The notes below the pieces were generated by a model that saw nothing but the letters and a program-made list of their open reading frames with translations, made no database searches and was not told the DNA's origin. Made by a program: the position numbers and the translations under genes. From the NCBI RefSeq assembly GCF_009914755.1, contig NC_060929.1: 64,000 nucleotides of DNA; one strand, 5' to 3'. This document shows, piece by piece, positions 29,581 through 43,830 of this stretch (position 1 is the first letter of the stretch; each line of letters starts with the position of its first letter). Source of the stretch: the human T2T-CHM13v2.0 reference genome, Homo sapiens.

Positions 29581-29877
29581 GGCTGGGAGCTGTGGCTCAC
29601 GCCTGTAATCCCAGCACTTTGAGAGGCTGAGATGGGAGGACCACTTGAGCCCAGGAGTTTGAAACCAGCCTGGGCAACATAGCAACACACCATCTCTACA
29701 AAACAGATTTAAAATTAGCTAGGTGTGGTGGTGTGCATCTATAATCCTAGCTACTCAGGAAGCTGAGGTCGGAGGATCACTTGAGCCCAGGAGTTTGAGG
29801 TTACAGTGAGCTATGATCATGCCACTGCACTCTAGGCTGGGCAACAGAGACCCTGTCTCTAAAAAACAATAAATAAT
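29581..29877 (+). mobile_element. AluJ
   Basis: ttgagcccaggagtttg in both arms; gtgagctatgatcatgcc. Confidence 0.9.
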
Positions 29878-30229
29878 ACTTAAAACAAAATAAAAACCAA
29901 CGGAAACCAATTAAAGGTTTTAAATGAACAAATTTGCTCTGCCCCAAATTGTATTTATATTTCATAAGTTTTTTTATTTTGGCATTTCCGAAGAATTACC
30001 TTAATGTGAGGTCCCTTCATTTATTTTAAAACCACTTGTTAAGGGTATTTGGGCCAATTATCAGTTAGTCAGATTAGTTAATAAAATTATACAGAATAAC
30101 CGACATACTAGGAACCACTTATGCTTGACTAAAGTAAGTATATATCCTTTTCGTGCTTTTTCACTCTAACTCTTCTACGGGTAGTAGGAGATGAAGGTGA
30201 CTCTAGATCCCACCAAGTCATTTTTTAAG

Positions 30230-30500
30230 CAAATATTTGTATGTGCTATATTTCAGACACTGCTAGGACCTTTATCCTACCTCATCTCATTTTACCTTCA
30301 AAAGAGCCTCATAGGGCTCATAACTTAGGGACTAGCTGTCGCAGATTTGTTTCTCACAGATCCTTCAGATAATTAGCACTATTTCCATGTGATAAATGAG
30401 GAACTCTGTAGTTCAAAAAAATTAGGTTATCTGCCCAAGATCCTATGGCAATAAATGGTGAGATTGTTTGTCACACCAGTGAGCCTATGCTGTTTCCAGA
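30230..30500 (-). mobile_element. MIR (degenerate)
   Basis: gataaatgaggaactct...tctgcccaagatc. Confidence 0.55.
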
Positions 30501-30625
30501 ATACCAGCTTCTACCAGCAGTGATTCTAACCCGAAGTACTAATCACTAGGACAAGGAAGAAAAAAATTAACTTGACTTTCAGAGGCCTTTGATTCTAAAT
30601 AACAATATTCATCTTCTGGAGCTAG

Positions 30626-30969
<344 letters not shown>

Positions 30970-31124
30970 ACTTTCTACACTTTTTTAAAGAAGTGTACCA
31001 TCATGGAGGTACATTCCATGGAGGTACAATTACTCGAAAATAATCATTCTTTTGCTCCACTGAGAGTTCTGAAACCAAAACCTACTCTGTAATTCCACAC
31101 ATTGAATTATTACCTAATTATACA

Positions 31125-31330
31125 GTGGGCTGTCTAATCAGAATGCCTGGGTTCAAATCCCTGCTCAGTGACCTAAGCAAGCAGCCTAACTTCTAAGCCT
31201 CAATTTCTTCACCTGTAGAGTAGAAATAACAATATCTACCTCAGAGTTATTATTAGAATTAAATGAGATAATTCATGGAAAGCACTCAGTATAGTGCCTG
31301 ACCCTTAGAGAGTGCTCAGGAAATAGTAGG
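31125..31330 (+). mobile_element. MIR
   Basis: gcctgggttcaaatccc...cctcaatttcttcacctgta...attaaatgagataat. Confidence 0.82.
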
Positions 31331-32329
31331 TGTGAGAGAGGGAAGTGGGGGTGCATGGTACTAGGGTAGTATTGGTAAGGCTTGACATGTTACTCAAGCA
31401 GCACAAACTAAGCATTCTAAATTAAATTGTCAAAACATTAGTTATACAGTTCTCTTGATCTAATAACCTCTAAGTAATATTTGAAAAAAAGGCAAATGTT
31501 AATTTACTTCAGTTATGTTATCTATGACCTAGAAGGAATGTAGACATATTCAATAAATTTGCTAGTGGTACTAGAAGGTTCTGTTTTATAAGCTGTTAAG
31601 AAAAGGAGAAAAGTGTAGCCCTGTTTAAAAAAAAAGAAGTTCTTTAGCTGAATCCAGATTACAAAATGCGGAGGCTGGCAGACTTAGCTACTATAAATTT
31701 AGCATTCATAGAGAAAGAGGAGGAGAGTGGACAAGATTACCTTTTCTATGTTGGGAATATATAGTCATGGATTCTGGACTCTCTCCAGAATCTTTTTATT
31801 TCTTTTTTTTTTTAAGCTGACAAGAGCATCTTGGAACAGAGAAAAGCTATGCATTCATAAGTTATTTATTTCTATTGGAAAGAAAGTTTAAGGAGCAAAG
31901 TTCCTTGGGATTAGCATAATGTAGTTAAAAAGCCAATTCACCATAGTTGTTACATATGGCAACGAAGCCAGTGCAAAGACAGTTGCCCTTATACACTGGC
32001 AACCAAGAAACTACAAATAAGCATTCTGATACTGTAACCATATCTGAAAAGCAGGATACAAAAACCCCAGTAGTAGGATTTCAGGTGAAGCTTTGTGAAA
32101 GAAGATGCATAATTTCTACATAGTTGTCTGTATTTCTTTAAAGGTAGTTTTAAACAATGTCATTTTCTTTTAAGAAGTTATTAAATGAAATTAATAATAA
32201 TTATCATAGTGAATTTTTCAAATACCTAATTTGTGTTTATATGTATTGTTCAACATATAAAACATTTTAAAGAAAGAAAAAATCACTGGTAGTCAGATTA
32301 TCATCATTGTTTTTGTCTACCCTCTCATA

Positions 32330-33910
32330 CATTAATATATAGATGCTTTTCCCAAGAACAGAATCATGCCATACCTCCTTTTTCTCCCTTTCTCTTTTCA
32401 GTATACTGTCAACATTTTTCACATTATTAAATATTCTTTTGTAACATCTCTTTTGATGGTTATATAATATTCTATCAAGAGGATATTGCATAATTTAACA
32501 TGGATCTTTGTGAAGAAATTCATCCCATTTTTAATTATAAGCCTTTCATCAGTGAATAAATTTTTAGTTGATATTTTGTAAATTCATTGTTATTTCCTGC
32601 ATCAGGTAGGCTTTTAAAAAAACTTTTTTAAAATTGAGACATAATTTACATATAAGACAGCACACAGTTGTTATCTGTTCACTTTGATGAATTTTTGACA
32701 ATTTTATACACCAATATAAACACCATCAAAACAATGTGTAAAACATTTACATCACCCCAGAACATTCCCCCCATTCCCCTTTCTAGCTAGTCCCCTCCCC
32801 ACAACCACTTTCTGATTTCTATCAGCTCAGGAATGACTTTGATAAAATTATTACTAGGTTGCACTGTATGAAGTTGAATCATTTATACCTGTACCAGCAA
32901 TGTATGAAATTGCTAGTTTCTCCTTACCCTAGAATTATGTGTGTACATACTATAATGTGTCATAAATAACAGATATATAGTAATCATTGCCAATTTCTAC
33001 CTTGTATTAATTTCTATTTATTTGTTTGCTGGTAGTTGAACTTTTTCAGTGTGCTAACTGGCCATTTATATTTCATGGTTGTGGTCACGGTTGTTAATTG
33101 TCTACTCTTATGTGTATATCTTTTTTATTTACAAAAGCTCTGAAATTTTTTTTTTTTTTTTTTGAGACAGAGTCTCACTCTGTCACCCAGAGTTTACTGC
33201 CAGTTTCAAGCAATTCTCCTGCCTCAGCCTCCCGAGTAGTTGGGACTACAGGCGAGCACCACCACACCCAGCTAATTTTTGTATTTTTAGTAGAGACAGG
33301 GTTTCACCATGTTGGCCAGGCTGGTCTCAAACTCCTGGCCTCGAGCGATCCGCCCACGTCAGCCTCCCAAAGTGCTAGGATTACAGGTATGAGCCACGGC
33401 GCCTGGCCTATGAAGAATATTATTTTTTGTTTAAAATATTTTTACCAGTTTGTCATTGCCTTACAATTTGTTTATGGTGACTTTGTTTTGTTAACATGGA
33501 GTTTTAAATATTTGCATTGCTAAATTTGCTGATCTTTTCCTTCACGATTTCTACCTGGTGTCATTCTTAAGATCTTCATAATCCCAAGATTATATAAATA
33601 CCTAGTTATATCTTTCAGTAGTATTTTCATGCTTTTTATTTTTAATTTACATCAAAAATCCACCTGGAATTGATTTGCTTTATTATATTAGGTCATTGTT
33701 ATCATGTTTTTTTTTCTAAATTGTTAGCCACCACAACTGAATAATACCGTGTTTCCCCATGGATATTAAATGTGTTCTTTATCAGAGTAAGGCCTTATGT
33801 ATATTTTGAGTGAGTTTTATTATTTTACATTGATTTCTTTGTCTATTCTTGTGCCAGTACCTCACTGCTTAATTGTTGTAGCAATGTAATACTGTTTAGT
33901 ATCTTTTAAG
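32330..33910 (-). mobile_element. Old L1ME-like fragments (with an inserted L1 3' end and an Alu)
   Basis: Degenerate antisense L1 3' motifs, e.g. attgagacataatttacata...acatttacatcaccccagaa. Confidence 0.6.
33146..33408 (-). mobile_element. AluS with an internal deletion in the right arm
   Basis: tgtcacccag is followed by agtttactgccag and then ttcaagcaattctcc, so about 50 nt of consensus are missing. Confidence 0.9.
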
Positions 33911-34619
33911 GCAGGTTGAACCTTTACTGTTCTACACTTATATTTTTACTTTGAAAGTTTAAGTGGTAGATGATGTGCTACATTCTTATTTTCTTTTAGT
34001 TACCACACCTGGAAAAAGCTTAGACTATAGCTATGGAGTCAATAAAAAGGCCTAATTATTTAACAGGTGGCCGCTACCTGAATTGCAGCCCCAGTGCCAA
34101 GAAGGAAATAATTAGTTTTTAGACAAACCCTTCAAAGTAATGGAAAAGATCACATGTGGAAAATAAATAGCATGAGGAATAAAAAGGAGTGAAATCTAGC
34201 ATGCTTGATTGCCATTTTCTGGTATGGGCATATAAATGTTTTTATGAGACATTTGATTAGAATTTTTTCCATCTCCCTGGTACACTGAGCAAAAGCACAA
34301 AGAATTGACAAAGTTGCAGAAGGTATACCATCTTACTTTCTTCTCTTTTACCTGGTGTGTATCCCCAGGACATCTAGGATACCCACATATAAATGCAACT
34401 CGCAAAATCCCCCTCCAAAAACATATGTTAATAATCTTTCAAATACCTGCCATTTTGATTTATGAATATCCCTTCTACTTTCTGGTATTCATTCAGGTAA
34501 TCAAGTTAAATGTAATAGTAATGTTTTATTATTTGCGTACAGATAATGCAATTGATCACAATAAGTAAAACGTTGAGCTGAGGTTTTTTTAGTAGAAATA
34601 AAAGTTAAAGTAAGAAACT

Positions 34620-34810
34620 CTTACTGAGCATTTACAAAGCACCAATCTCCTTTAAACCTATAAGCTAGAAAGTGTTGTTGTGCCCAAATTATACTGGGGA
34701 AAAGTCTAGTGCCCAAATTATACTGGGGAAAAGTCTAAGGCACAGAAAGGTTAAGTAATTTGGTCAAGATGTCATAACTAGAAGTGATAGTGTTCAGACA
34801 TAGCCAATCA
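34620..34810 (-). mobile_element. MIR fragment carrying a 29-bp tandem duplication
   Basis: ttactgagcatttac...aaggcacagaaaggttaagtaatttggtcaag. Confidence 0.7.
34680..34737. repeat. Perfect tandem duplication 2x GTGCCCAAATTATACTGGGGAAAAGTCTA
   Basis: Read directly at 34680-34708 and 34709-34737. Confidence 0.97.
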
Positions 34811-35319
34811 TGCTTGGCTCAATAGTTTGATTCCATTTGTTTTTGAAGACATTCTCTCTTGTTTGTGATTTTGTATTGCTTATATGTAATATCACATTTT
34901 CTGCTAGAAAAAAAATCATTCCTAGTTTATATGGGGAAACATAGTGCATCAGTATTTTTATGGCATTCTACATAGAAATCGTCGCTTTCAGAGGTTCTCC
35001 CACCTAAGTAACAGTTTCTCTAAGTTAGCTAGGCTACTTATTTTTCCTATTTTCAGATAAGGCAATGTGATTGTTGGTGTTGTTGTTGTTTTAAACTGTA
35101 GTAATAAGGCCAAACAAATGACTTCAGGACTTAATTCACGCTTAGTCAAAAACTGTCTAAGTCCCCTTTAAATTGTAGAAAATGTCAAATTTATATCCCT
35201 AATATTATATCCTCTGTATTATTTGAAGAATTAAAATTCAGAAAGTTATTTAAAAGTTTGTTTAACTTGAACAAGAAGTTCCTGCCACATTTACCCCTAA
35301 TTTTTCATAGGAATATAAA

Positions 35320-35555
35320 TAGTAGAGTGGTTATGAATATGGGATTTGGAGTCAGACCTGAATTTGAATCCCAACTTGGAAACTTACTAGCTGTGGGATC
35401 TTGGGCAAATTACATAACCTTTCTAACTCTGTGCCCTAAAGTGTAAACTGGGGATAATAATAGTACCTTTTTGGTAGGTCAGTTTGTGGATTAAATGAAA
35501 TACTATTTTTAAAGGGTTTAGTATGGTGTCTGGAACAATCCGTGCTCAATAAATG
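35320..35555 (+). mobile_element. MIR
   Basis: ttggagtcagacctgaatttgaatccc...acttactagctgtgggatcttgggcaa...gtgctcaataaatg. Confidence 0.85.
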
Positions 35556-38500
35556 TGTTCTTGTTTTCATCTTCAGTGTAGTCATTATTATTTTTAAGAA
35601 TTAATTTATCTATATTTGACCACTGTCAGTAGATCTATCAAGATCAGATGATTACAATATATACCATTTCTATAATATTTGACTGTTTTATGACCTTTTC
35701 TTAAATTAACTCATAATAACTCTCAGTGATTAACTTAAGGTTGGTTTCTATCATAATTCTTACCATTCTGAGATAAAAAAATTTTTGAGTTTTGATATTT
35801 TTTCAGTGGACAATAATGCCTCATTAATGAACTGTAGGCTTTTTCCTTGAGGCTAGTACTAAGAAAAAGTAGGGGAGGGAACACAGATAAAGGAACATTC
35901 ATTGTAAATAGAATTTAAATATAAAGCAAAAGGATATCATCACTTTGGAGAACATAGAATTATAAGCTCAGTGTAATGTAAATATTTTTATTCCATTCCT
36001 CTCTCTTAGCCAAGTTCTAAGGTTGTGATAAAATGAAGCAAGAAGGAATATGATTATAGACCAGGTTCTCTGGTTAGTGTTCATTTTATACAGAACTATA
36101 AATAATGCTGCAAAAGACCAACGTGGTCCTTTATAAATAGGTCGTTGTCAGAGTTGCTGACCCTGGAATTATGATTATTTGAATTCTAAACTCCCTGTCC
36201 AGTTCCTGAAGTCACCTCTTTTTCTTCCTTTTTCTTCAGGATGAAGACAGCTCTTCTGTCTTAACCCTGCGCTTTCATATGGTTTGCCCTGAAATAAGTT
36301 TCTGTCATGTTGGGGAAGTTTGCTTTGTTTGTGGATCTGTTTTGAGAGAGATAGGGAGACAGCCATGTACCCCAGCTGCTTACCAGGCCTTTTTGATAGG
36401 GAATCTCATCTTCCCTATGGAAGACAGTTGTTCTGTTAGTCTACTGGCTGTAGGTTAAATGTTATTGGCTGAGCAGTTGCTGAAACCCCAGGGCAGGTGT
36501 AAGAATGCATATTACAGATTTGTTCTGGAAAGGCTCTTAAATCTTTCCACCTGTGTCCTGCTGAGTGTTAAGCACAATGTTAGATAGGCAAGAAAGCTGA
36601 GAAACTGTGCATTCCCCTGTTGCTAAAGATATTTTGAAACCTACGTCTTTCATATTTACTCCAACAATACTAAATATTTACAGAAGACACTATGAGGATT
36701 TCTTTTTTAACTAAGGGATACAAAAGACGTGTTTTAGAGTTAGCCTTTCAAAACTCCAAACTGAGGGGGCAATATAACATTCCTTTAAAGTTCAGAAACA
36801 GGAGATTTTTCCATGATAGTGGTGAACAGTGAAAGAAAAGCCACTGGTTTTCATCTTCGTTTTCTTTTTTCAAAAGTCAGTTTCCATTTTCCTTTTTGCT
36901 TGATTTTCCTAATGCTCTATTTTTCTATTCTTATTTTTTTGTTCAAGTATTTTAAAATTTTTTGTTCTTATTTTTCTCTTACTGTTGATTTTTAATTTCT
37001 CTTTTGAGTTTTTTGTTTTTTTACCATTTGTATCTGCATTTTTCTCTGCTTCCTTTAACTATTTCTGTTTCCTATTCTGAATCTTCTTTCATCTTTTGCT
37101 TTTCTCCATTGATCTCTTTCTCTCCTTTGGCCTTTTCTATTACTCAAAGTCATCCCTGCTCTGCTAAACATGAAGAGTTCCAGTGGCCTTATTTTCCAGA
37201 ACTTTTTTTTTTTACATAGTTTGATCTCTGAGCTCATTCACATTTTGTCTGTCTGTGTCTCTTCATATGAGTTACTGTGATCTCTACTATCTACTTCATG
37301 TTGAAAAAAGATTCAGACTTATTTTTTCAGATATGCTTGTACATAAACACTTTTTAATTTATTTCTCCCCCTCCCTTTTTTGTTGATAAATAATAATTGC
37401 ACATATTTGTGGTGTACATGTGATATTTTGATAGGTGGATACAATGTGTAATGATCACCTCAAACATTTATCATTCCTTTATGTTGGGAACTTTTGAACT
37501 CTTCTAGCTATTTTAAAATATACAATAAATTTTTAACCATAGTCACCCTACTGTGCTATCAAACACTAGAACTTACTCTTCTAACGGTATGTTTGTATCC
37601 ATTAACCAACCTCTCTTTATCCTCTCCACACCACCCTTCCCAGCCCCTGGTAACCATCATTCTACTGTATACCTCCATGAGATCAACATTTCTAGCTCCC
37701 ACATGTGAGTGAGAATATGCAGTATTTCATCCTTCTCTGCCTGGCTTATTTCACTTAACATCATGGCCTTAGTTCTATCTGTGTTGCTAAAAATGACAGG
37801 ATTTCATTCTTTTTTTATGGCCAAATGGTATTCCATTGTGTATATGTACCACGTTTTCTTTATCCATTCATCCACTGATGGACACTTAAGTTGATTTTGT
37901 TTCTTAGCTATTGTAAATAGTGCTGCAATGAACATGTGGGTGCAGAAGTCCTTTCGATATAATGATTTCTTTCCTTTGGATAGATACTCAGTAGTGGAAA
38001 TGCTGGGTCATATGGTAGCTCTATTTTTACCTTTCTGAGAAACCTCCATACTGTTTTCCATGGTGGCTATACTAATTTACGTTCACACCAACAGTGTATA
38101 AGAGTTACCTTTCTCTGCATCCTCACCAGCATTCGTTATTTGCTGTCTCTTTCATAATGACCATTCTAATTGGGGTGAGATGAGATCTCACTGTGGCTTT
38201 GATTCGCAGGTCCCTAATGATTAGGGATAGTGAACATTTTTCTACATACCTGTTGGCCATTTGTATATCTTCCTTTCAGAGATGTCTATTCAGATCCTTT
38301 GCCTACTTTTTAACAGGATTTTGGTTTTTTGCTTTTAAGCTGTGTAAGCTCCTTTTATATTCTGGATATCAGTACCTTGCTGGGTGAATAGTTCATAAAT
38401 ATTTTCTACATTCAACAGGTTGTCTCTTTACTCTGTTGGTCATTTCATTTGCTAGGCAGAAGCTTTTTAATTTAATTAAGTCTCATTTGTCTGTTTTTGT

Positions 38501-41500
38501 TTCATTGCCTGAGGTGTTAACCATAAAATTTTTGCCTGGACCAATGCCCTGAAATGTTTCCCATGTGTTCTCTTTTTATAGTTTTATAGTTTCAGGTCTT
38601 ATATTTAAGTCTTTAATTCATTTTGAGTTGATTTTTGTATATGATGAGAGATGGAGGTCTAGTTTTATTCTTCTGTATATGGATATCCAGTTTTCTCAGC
38701 ATCATTTATTGAAGAGGGTGTCTTTTTCCCAAAGTATGTTCTTGGCACCTTTGTTGAAAGTCAGTTGGCTGTACATATGTGCATTTATTTCTGGGTTCTC
38801 TATTCTGTTCCATTGGTCTGTGTGTCTATTTTTATAACAACACCATGCTCTTTTGGTCACTATAACTTTGTAGTATATTTGGAAGTCGGAGAGTGTGATA
38901 CCTCCAGCTTTGTTCTTTGTGCTCGGTATTGCTATGGCTATTTGGTGTCTTTTGTAATTCCATACAAATTGTAGGATTTTTTTTCTATTTGTATGAAGAA
39001 TGTCATTGGTATTTTAATAGGGATTGCATTGACTCTGTAGATTGTTTTGAATAGTATGGTCATATTAACAACATTAATTCTTTTGATCCATAAGCAGAGG
39101 ATGTCTTTTCATTTGTTTGTATTCTCTTCAGTTTCTTTCATCAGTGTTTTGTAGTTTTCTTTGTAGAGGTCCACCTTGGTTAAATTTATTCCTAGTTTGG
39201 TGTGTGTGTGTGTGTCGCTACTGTGAATGAGATTACTTTCTTGATTTCTTTTTCAGATAGTTTGTCATTGCTCTACAGAAACACTACTGATTTTTGTATG
39301 TTGGGCTTTTGTCCTGCAATTTTACTCAATTCGCTTTCCAGCTCTAAAAGTGTTTTGTGGAGTCTTCAGGTTTTTCTACATATAAGTTGATGTCATCTGC
39401 AAAGAGAGACAATTTGACTTCTTTTCTGATTTGGATGCATTGTATTTCTTTATCTTGCCTGATTGCTCTGACTAGGACTTCCAGTACCATGTTGAATAAG
39501 AGTGGTAAAAGTGGGCATCCTTGTCTTGTTCCAGTTCTTAGAGGAAAGGCTTTCACCTTTTCCCCATTCAGTATGATGTCAGCTGTGAGCTTGTCACAAA
39601 TGGCCTTTATTATATTGAGGTATGCTCCTTCCGTGCCTAATTTTTTGAGAGTTTTTAATCATAAAAATGTGTTTAATTTTAGCAGTGCTTTTCTTGCATC
39701 GATCAAGACAATCATACAATTTTGGTTCTTCATTCTGTTAATGTGATGTATTACATTTATTGATTTGTGTATGTTGAACCATAACTGCATCCCTGGGATG
39801 AATCCCACTTGATCATGGTGTGTATTATCTTTTTGATGCGTTGTTGGATATGCTTTGCTAGTATTTTGTTATGAATTTTTGTATCTATGTTCATCACTGA
39901 TAGTGGCCTGTAGTTTTCTTTTTCTTGTTATGTCCTTGTCTGGTTTTGGTTACCGGGTAGTGATGGTCTCATAGAATGAATTAGGAAGAATTCTTTTATC
40001 TTCAATTTTTTGGAATAGCTTGACAAAAAAAAAAATAGTGTGTGTTCTTTATAATTTTGGTAGAATTCAGCAGTAAAGCTTGAGCTTTTCTTTGTTGGGA
40101 AATTTCTTATTACTGATTCAATTCCATTGCTTTTTACTGGTCTGCTCAGGTTTTCTGTTTATTCCTAGTTCAATCTCCAGAGGTTGTATGTGTCTAAGAA
40201 TTTATTCATATTTTCTGTAGGTTTCCAATTTGCTAGCATATAGTTCACAGTAGCCTCTAAAGATCCTTTCTATTTCTGCTGTATTAATTATAATGTCTCC
40301 TTCTTTCTCATTTTATTTATTTTGGGCATTTTTCTGTTTTTCTTTGTTAGTCTTGCTAACAATTTATCTATTTTGTTTATCTTTTCAAAAAAACCAACTT
40401 TTCATTTTGAAGATTACTTGTATTGTTTGTAGTCTCTGTTGTGTTTAATTCTGTCTAATCTTTATTAATTCCTTTTTTCTACTAATTTAGGGTTTGGTTT
40501 GTTTTTGCTTTTTAATTCCTTGAGGTGCATAAATCGTTCTACTTTTTTGATGTTGGTGATTATTGCTATAAGCTTCCTTCCTAGCACTGCTTTTCCTGTA
40601 TTCCATAAGTTTGGGTTTGTTGTATTTCCATTTTCATTTGTTTAAACAAGTTTATTTTCTCCTTAATTTCTTCATTGATTCAGTGGTCATTTGGGAGCAT
40701 GTTGTTTAATTTCCATGCATTTGTACAGTTTCCAATGTTTCTTTTGTTATTGATTTCTAGTTTTATTCCATTATGGTCTAAGAAGATAGGTGATATGATT
40801 TTGATTTTTTTTTAATTTATTGAGGCTTGTTTTGTGGCTTCAACTATGGTCTATTCTGGAGAAGATTCCATGTGCTGATGAGGAGAATGTGTATCTTCAG
40901 CTGTTGGATGAAATGTGCTGTAAATGTCTGCTGGGTTCATTTGGCCTAAGGTGCAGTTTAAATGCAATGATTCCGTATTCATTTTCTGTCTAGATGATCT
41001 CTCCAATGCTAACAGTGGGTTGTTGAAGTCTCCAACTATTATTTTACTGGAGTCTATCTTTCCCTTTAGATCTAATAATACTTGCTTTATATGTCTGGGT
41101 GCTCGAATGTTGGGTACAAATATGTTTAGAACGTTATATCCTCTTGCTGATTTGATCCCATTATCTTTCTATAATGACCTTTGTTGTCTCTTACAATTTT
41201 TGACTTGGAATCTGTTTTATCTGAGATAAGTATAGCTATTTCTGCTCACTGTTTGGTTTCTGTTTGTGTGAAAAATCTTTTTCCATCCCTTCATTTTCAG
41301 TCTATACGTGTCTTTACAGGTGAAGTGAGTTCGTTATAGGCAGCATATTGCTGGGTCATTTTTAAATCTATTCAGTCTGGCTTTGCCTTTTAAGCAGCGA
41401 ATTTAATGTGTTTACATTTGAGATTATTATTGATAGGTTAGGATTTATTCCTGTCATTTGTTCATTGTTTTATAGTTGTTTTGTATATCCTTTCCTCCTC

Positions 41501-41939
41501 TCTTCGTTTTTTATTATTGCCATTTCCCTTCCCTTTCTTCTTCTCCTATTTTTTGTTGCAGTTTTATGATCTTCTGTAGTGGTAATGTTAGACTCCTTTC
41601 TCTTTCTCATTTGTGCATCTTCTCTACAATGAGTTTTATACTTTCATATGTTTTCATGATGGTAGATATTGTCCTTTTGTTTTCAGGTATACGAGTCCCT
41701 TAAGCATTTCTTGCAGTTGTGGTCTAGTGGGGAAATCCCTCAATTTTTGTTTGTCTGGAAAAGACTTTATTTCTTCTTCATTTTTGAAATATAGCCTTGC
41801 TGGGTACACTATTCTTGACTAGCAGTATCTGTTTTCTTTTAGCATTTTGACTGTATCATCCCAGTCTTTCCCTGCCTGTAACGTTGCTGCTGAGAAATCT
41901 GCTGATAGTCTGATATGTATTTTCTTATATGTGACTTGA

Positions 41940-42303
<364 letters not shown>

Positions 42304-42993
42304 TGATTATAATGTGGCTTTTAGGGTTGAATGTATGTCGCACTCCTTGAGCTTCCTTCCTTCCTTCCTATGCCTCTTGTAAGACTTATGAGTTTTTCTG
42401 CTCAGCTATTACTTGTTAAATATGTTTTCTATGCTTTTGCCCATCTCTTCTTCTTCTGAAATTCCCAGAATTCTAGTATTTGGGCACCTCATGGTGTCCC
42501 ATATGTTGTATAGGCTTTTTTTTTTTTTTTTTTTGGTGGGGGGGTGGTCTGATTTGGTATTCAAAAGCCATGTTTTCAAATTCAGAAATTCTTTCTTCTG
42601 CTAAATCTAGTCTATTGTTGAAGCTCTCAGTTTTTTTGTTTCATTGATTGAATTCTTCAGTTTTAGACTTTCTGTTTGATACTTTTATATGATATCTATC
42701 TCGTTGAATTTTTCATTCAGATCATGAATTTGTTTTCTGATTTCTTTGTATTGTTTATCTCTGTTCTCTTGTATCTCACTTAGTTTGTTAAATATCTTTA
42801 TTTTAAATTCTTTTAGTCATGTCACAATTTTTCCTTTATTTGTTATCTGTTACTGGAGAATTATTGTGTTCCTTTGAGGATGTTGTGTTTCTTGCTTTTT
42901 CATGTTTCTTGTGTCCTTACTTTTATATGTGCACAGCTGGTCTACCAATTGCTTCTTTCATTTTTATGGATTGGCCTTCAGAGGGAAAGACTT

Positions 42994-42997
<4 letters not shown>

Positions 42998-43075
<78 letters not shown>
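42998..43075. repeat. Compound microsatellite (TA)n(CA)n
   Basis: Read directly. Confidence 0.97.
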
Positions 43076-43229
43076 CGTTGGTTGGGTAGGGTGCTTCAGC
43101 TTTGCTTCTGGGTGGGTGCAGTAGTATAGACTTCTTAGCCTGTAATCAGCTAGTCAGCTTCAGTGTTGTCTGTTGAGTTCCTCAGTGATTAGGCCGCACT
43201 TGTTAGTGTAGGCTGTGGTGAGGCTTCTT

Positions 43230-43830
43230 TGGGTATAGGCACACCAGGTGGGTTGATCCATGGGTACCAGTACTGGCAGTAGCAGGCAGGGCAGGCCTGT
43301 CCTCAAGTTCCTAGCTGGCATGCACCAGCACCAGAAGCAGCAGGAGTGGCAAAATGGTACCCAGGCTCCCAGATGGCACATTTAGGCACCCATGGCAGTG
43401 GCTATGGGTGGGGCAGATTAATCCCCACACCTCCAGATGGTACTTGCAGGCACTGACGGTGGCAGTGAGGAAGGTTGATCCCTGGGCCCCAGGATGGCAT
43501 GCTCATGCACATACACCTGTGGCAGTAGCAGGGCAGACTTGTCCTCAGGTCCCACATGACACCTGTGGGCATTGGCAATGGCAGACACAGCATGCTTAAC
43601 CTCAGGCCCCTGGATGGTACATATGAGTGCCCATAGCAATGGGCAGGGCAGGTCAGTCCCCAGACCCCAGATAATGTGTGCAGATACCACTGGTGGTGAC
43701 AGATGGGGCAGGCCTGTCCTCAGGCCCCCAGACAACAAGTATAGGCACTAACAGCAGTAGATGAGGCAGTCTGATCCCCTCTTCCCTGGACAACACACAC
43801 TAGCACTGGTAGTGGGTGAAGTAAACCTCT
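43230..43830. repeat. Degenerate ~60-nt tandem array (about 9-10 units) in the L1 5' region
   Basis: Recurring ggcagtagca..gggcaggcctgtcctcaggcccc.agatggca motif. Confidence 0.75.

Noticed and set aside
36755-36775. CTCF-like ACTGAGGGGGCAAT
   Set aside because: It is only a partial motif match and is not supportable without a PWM score or ChIP data.
43230-43830. CRISPR-like appearance of the periodic array
   Set aside because: This is eukaryotic DNA, the units are degenerate along their whole length, and there is no repeat-spacer structure or cas genes.
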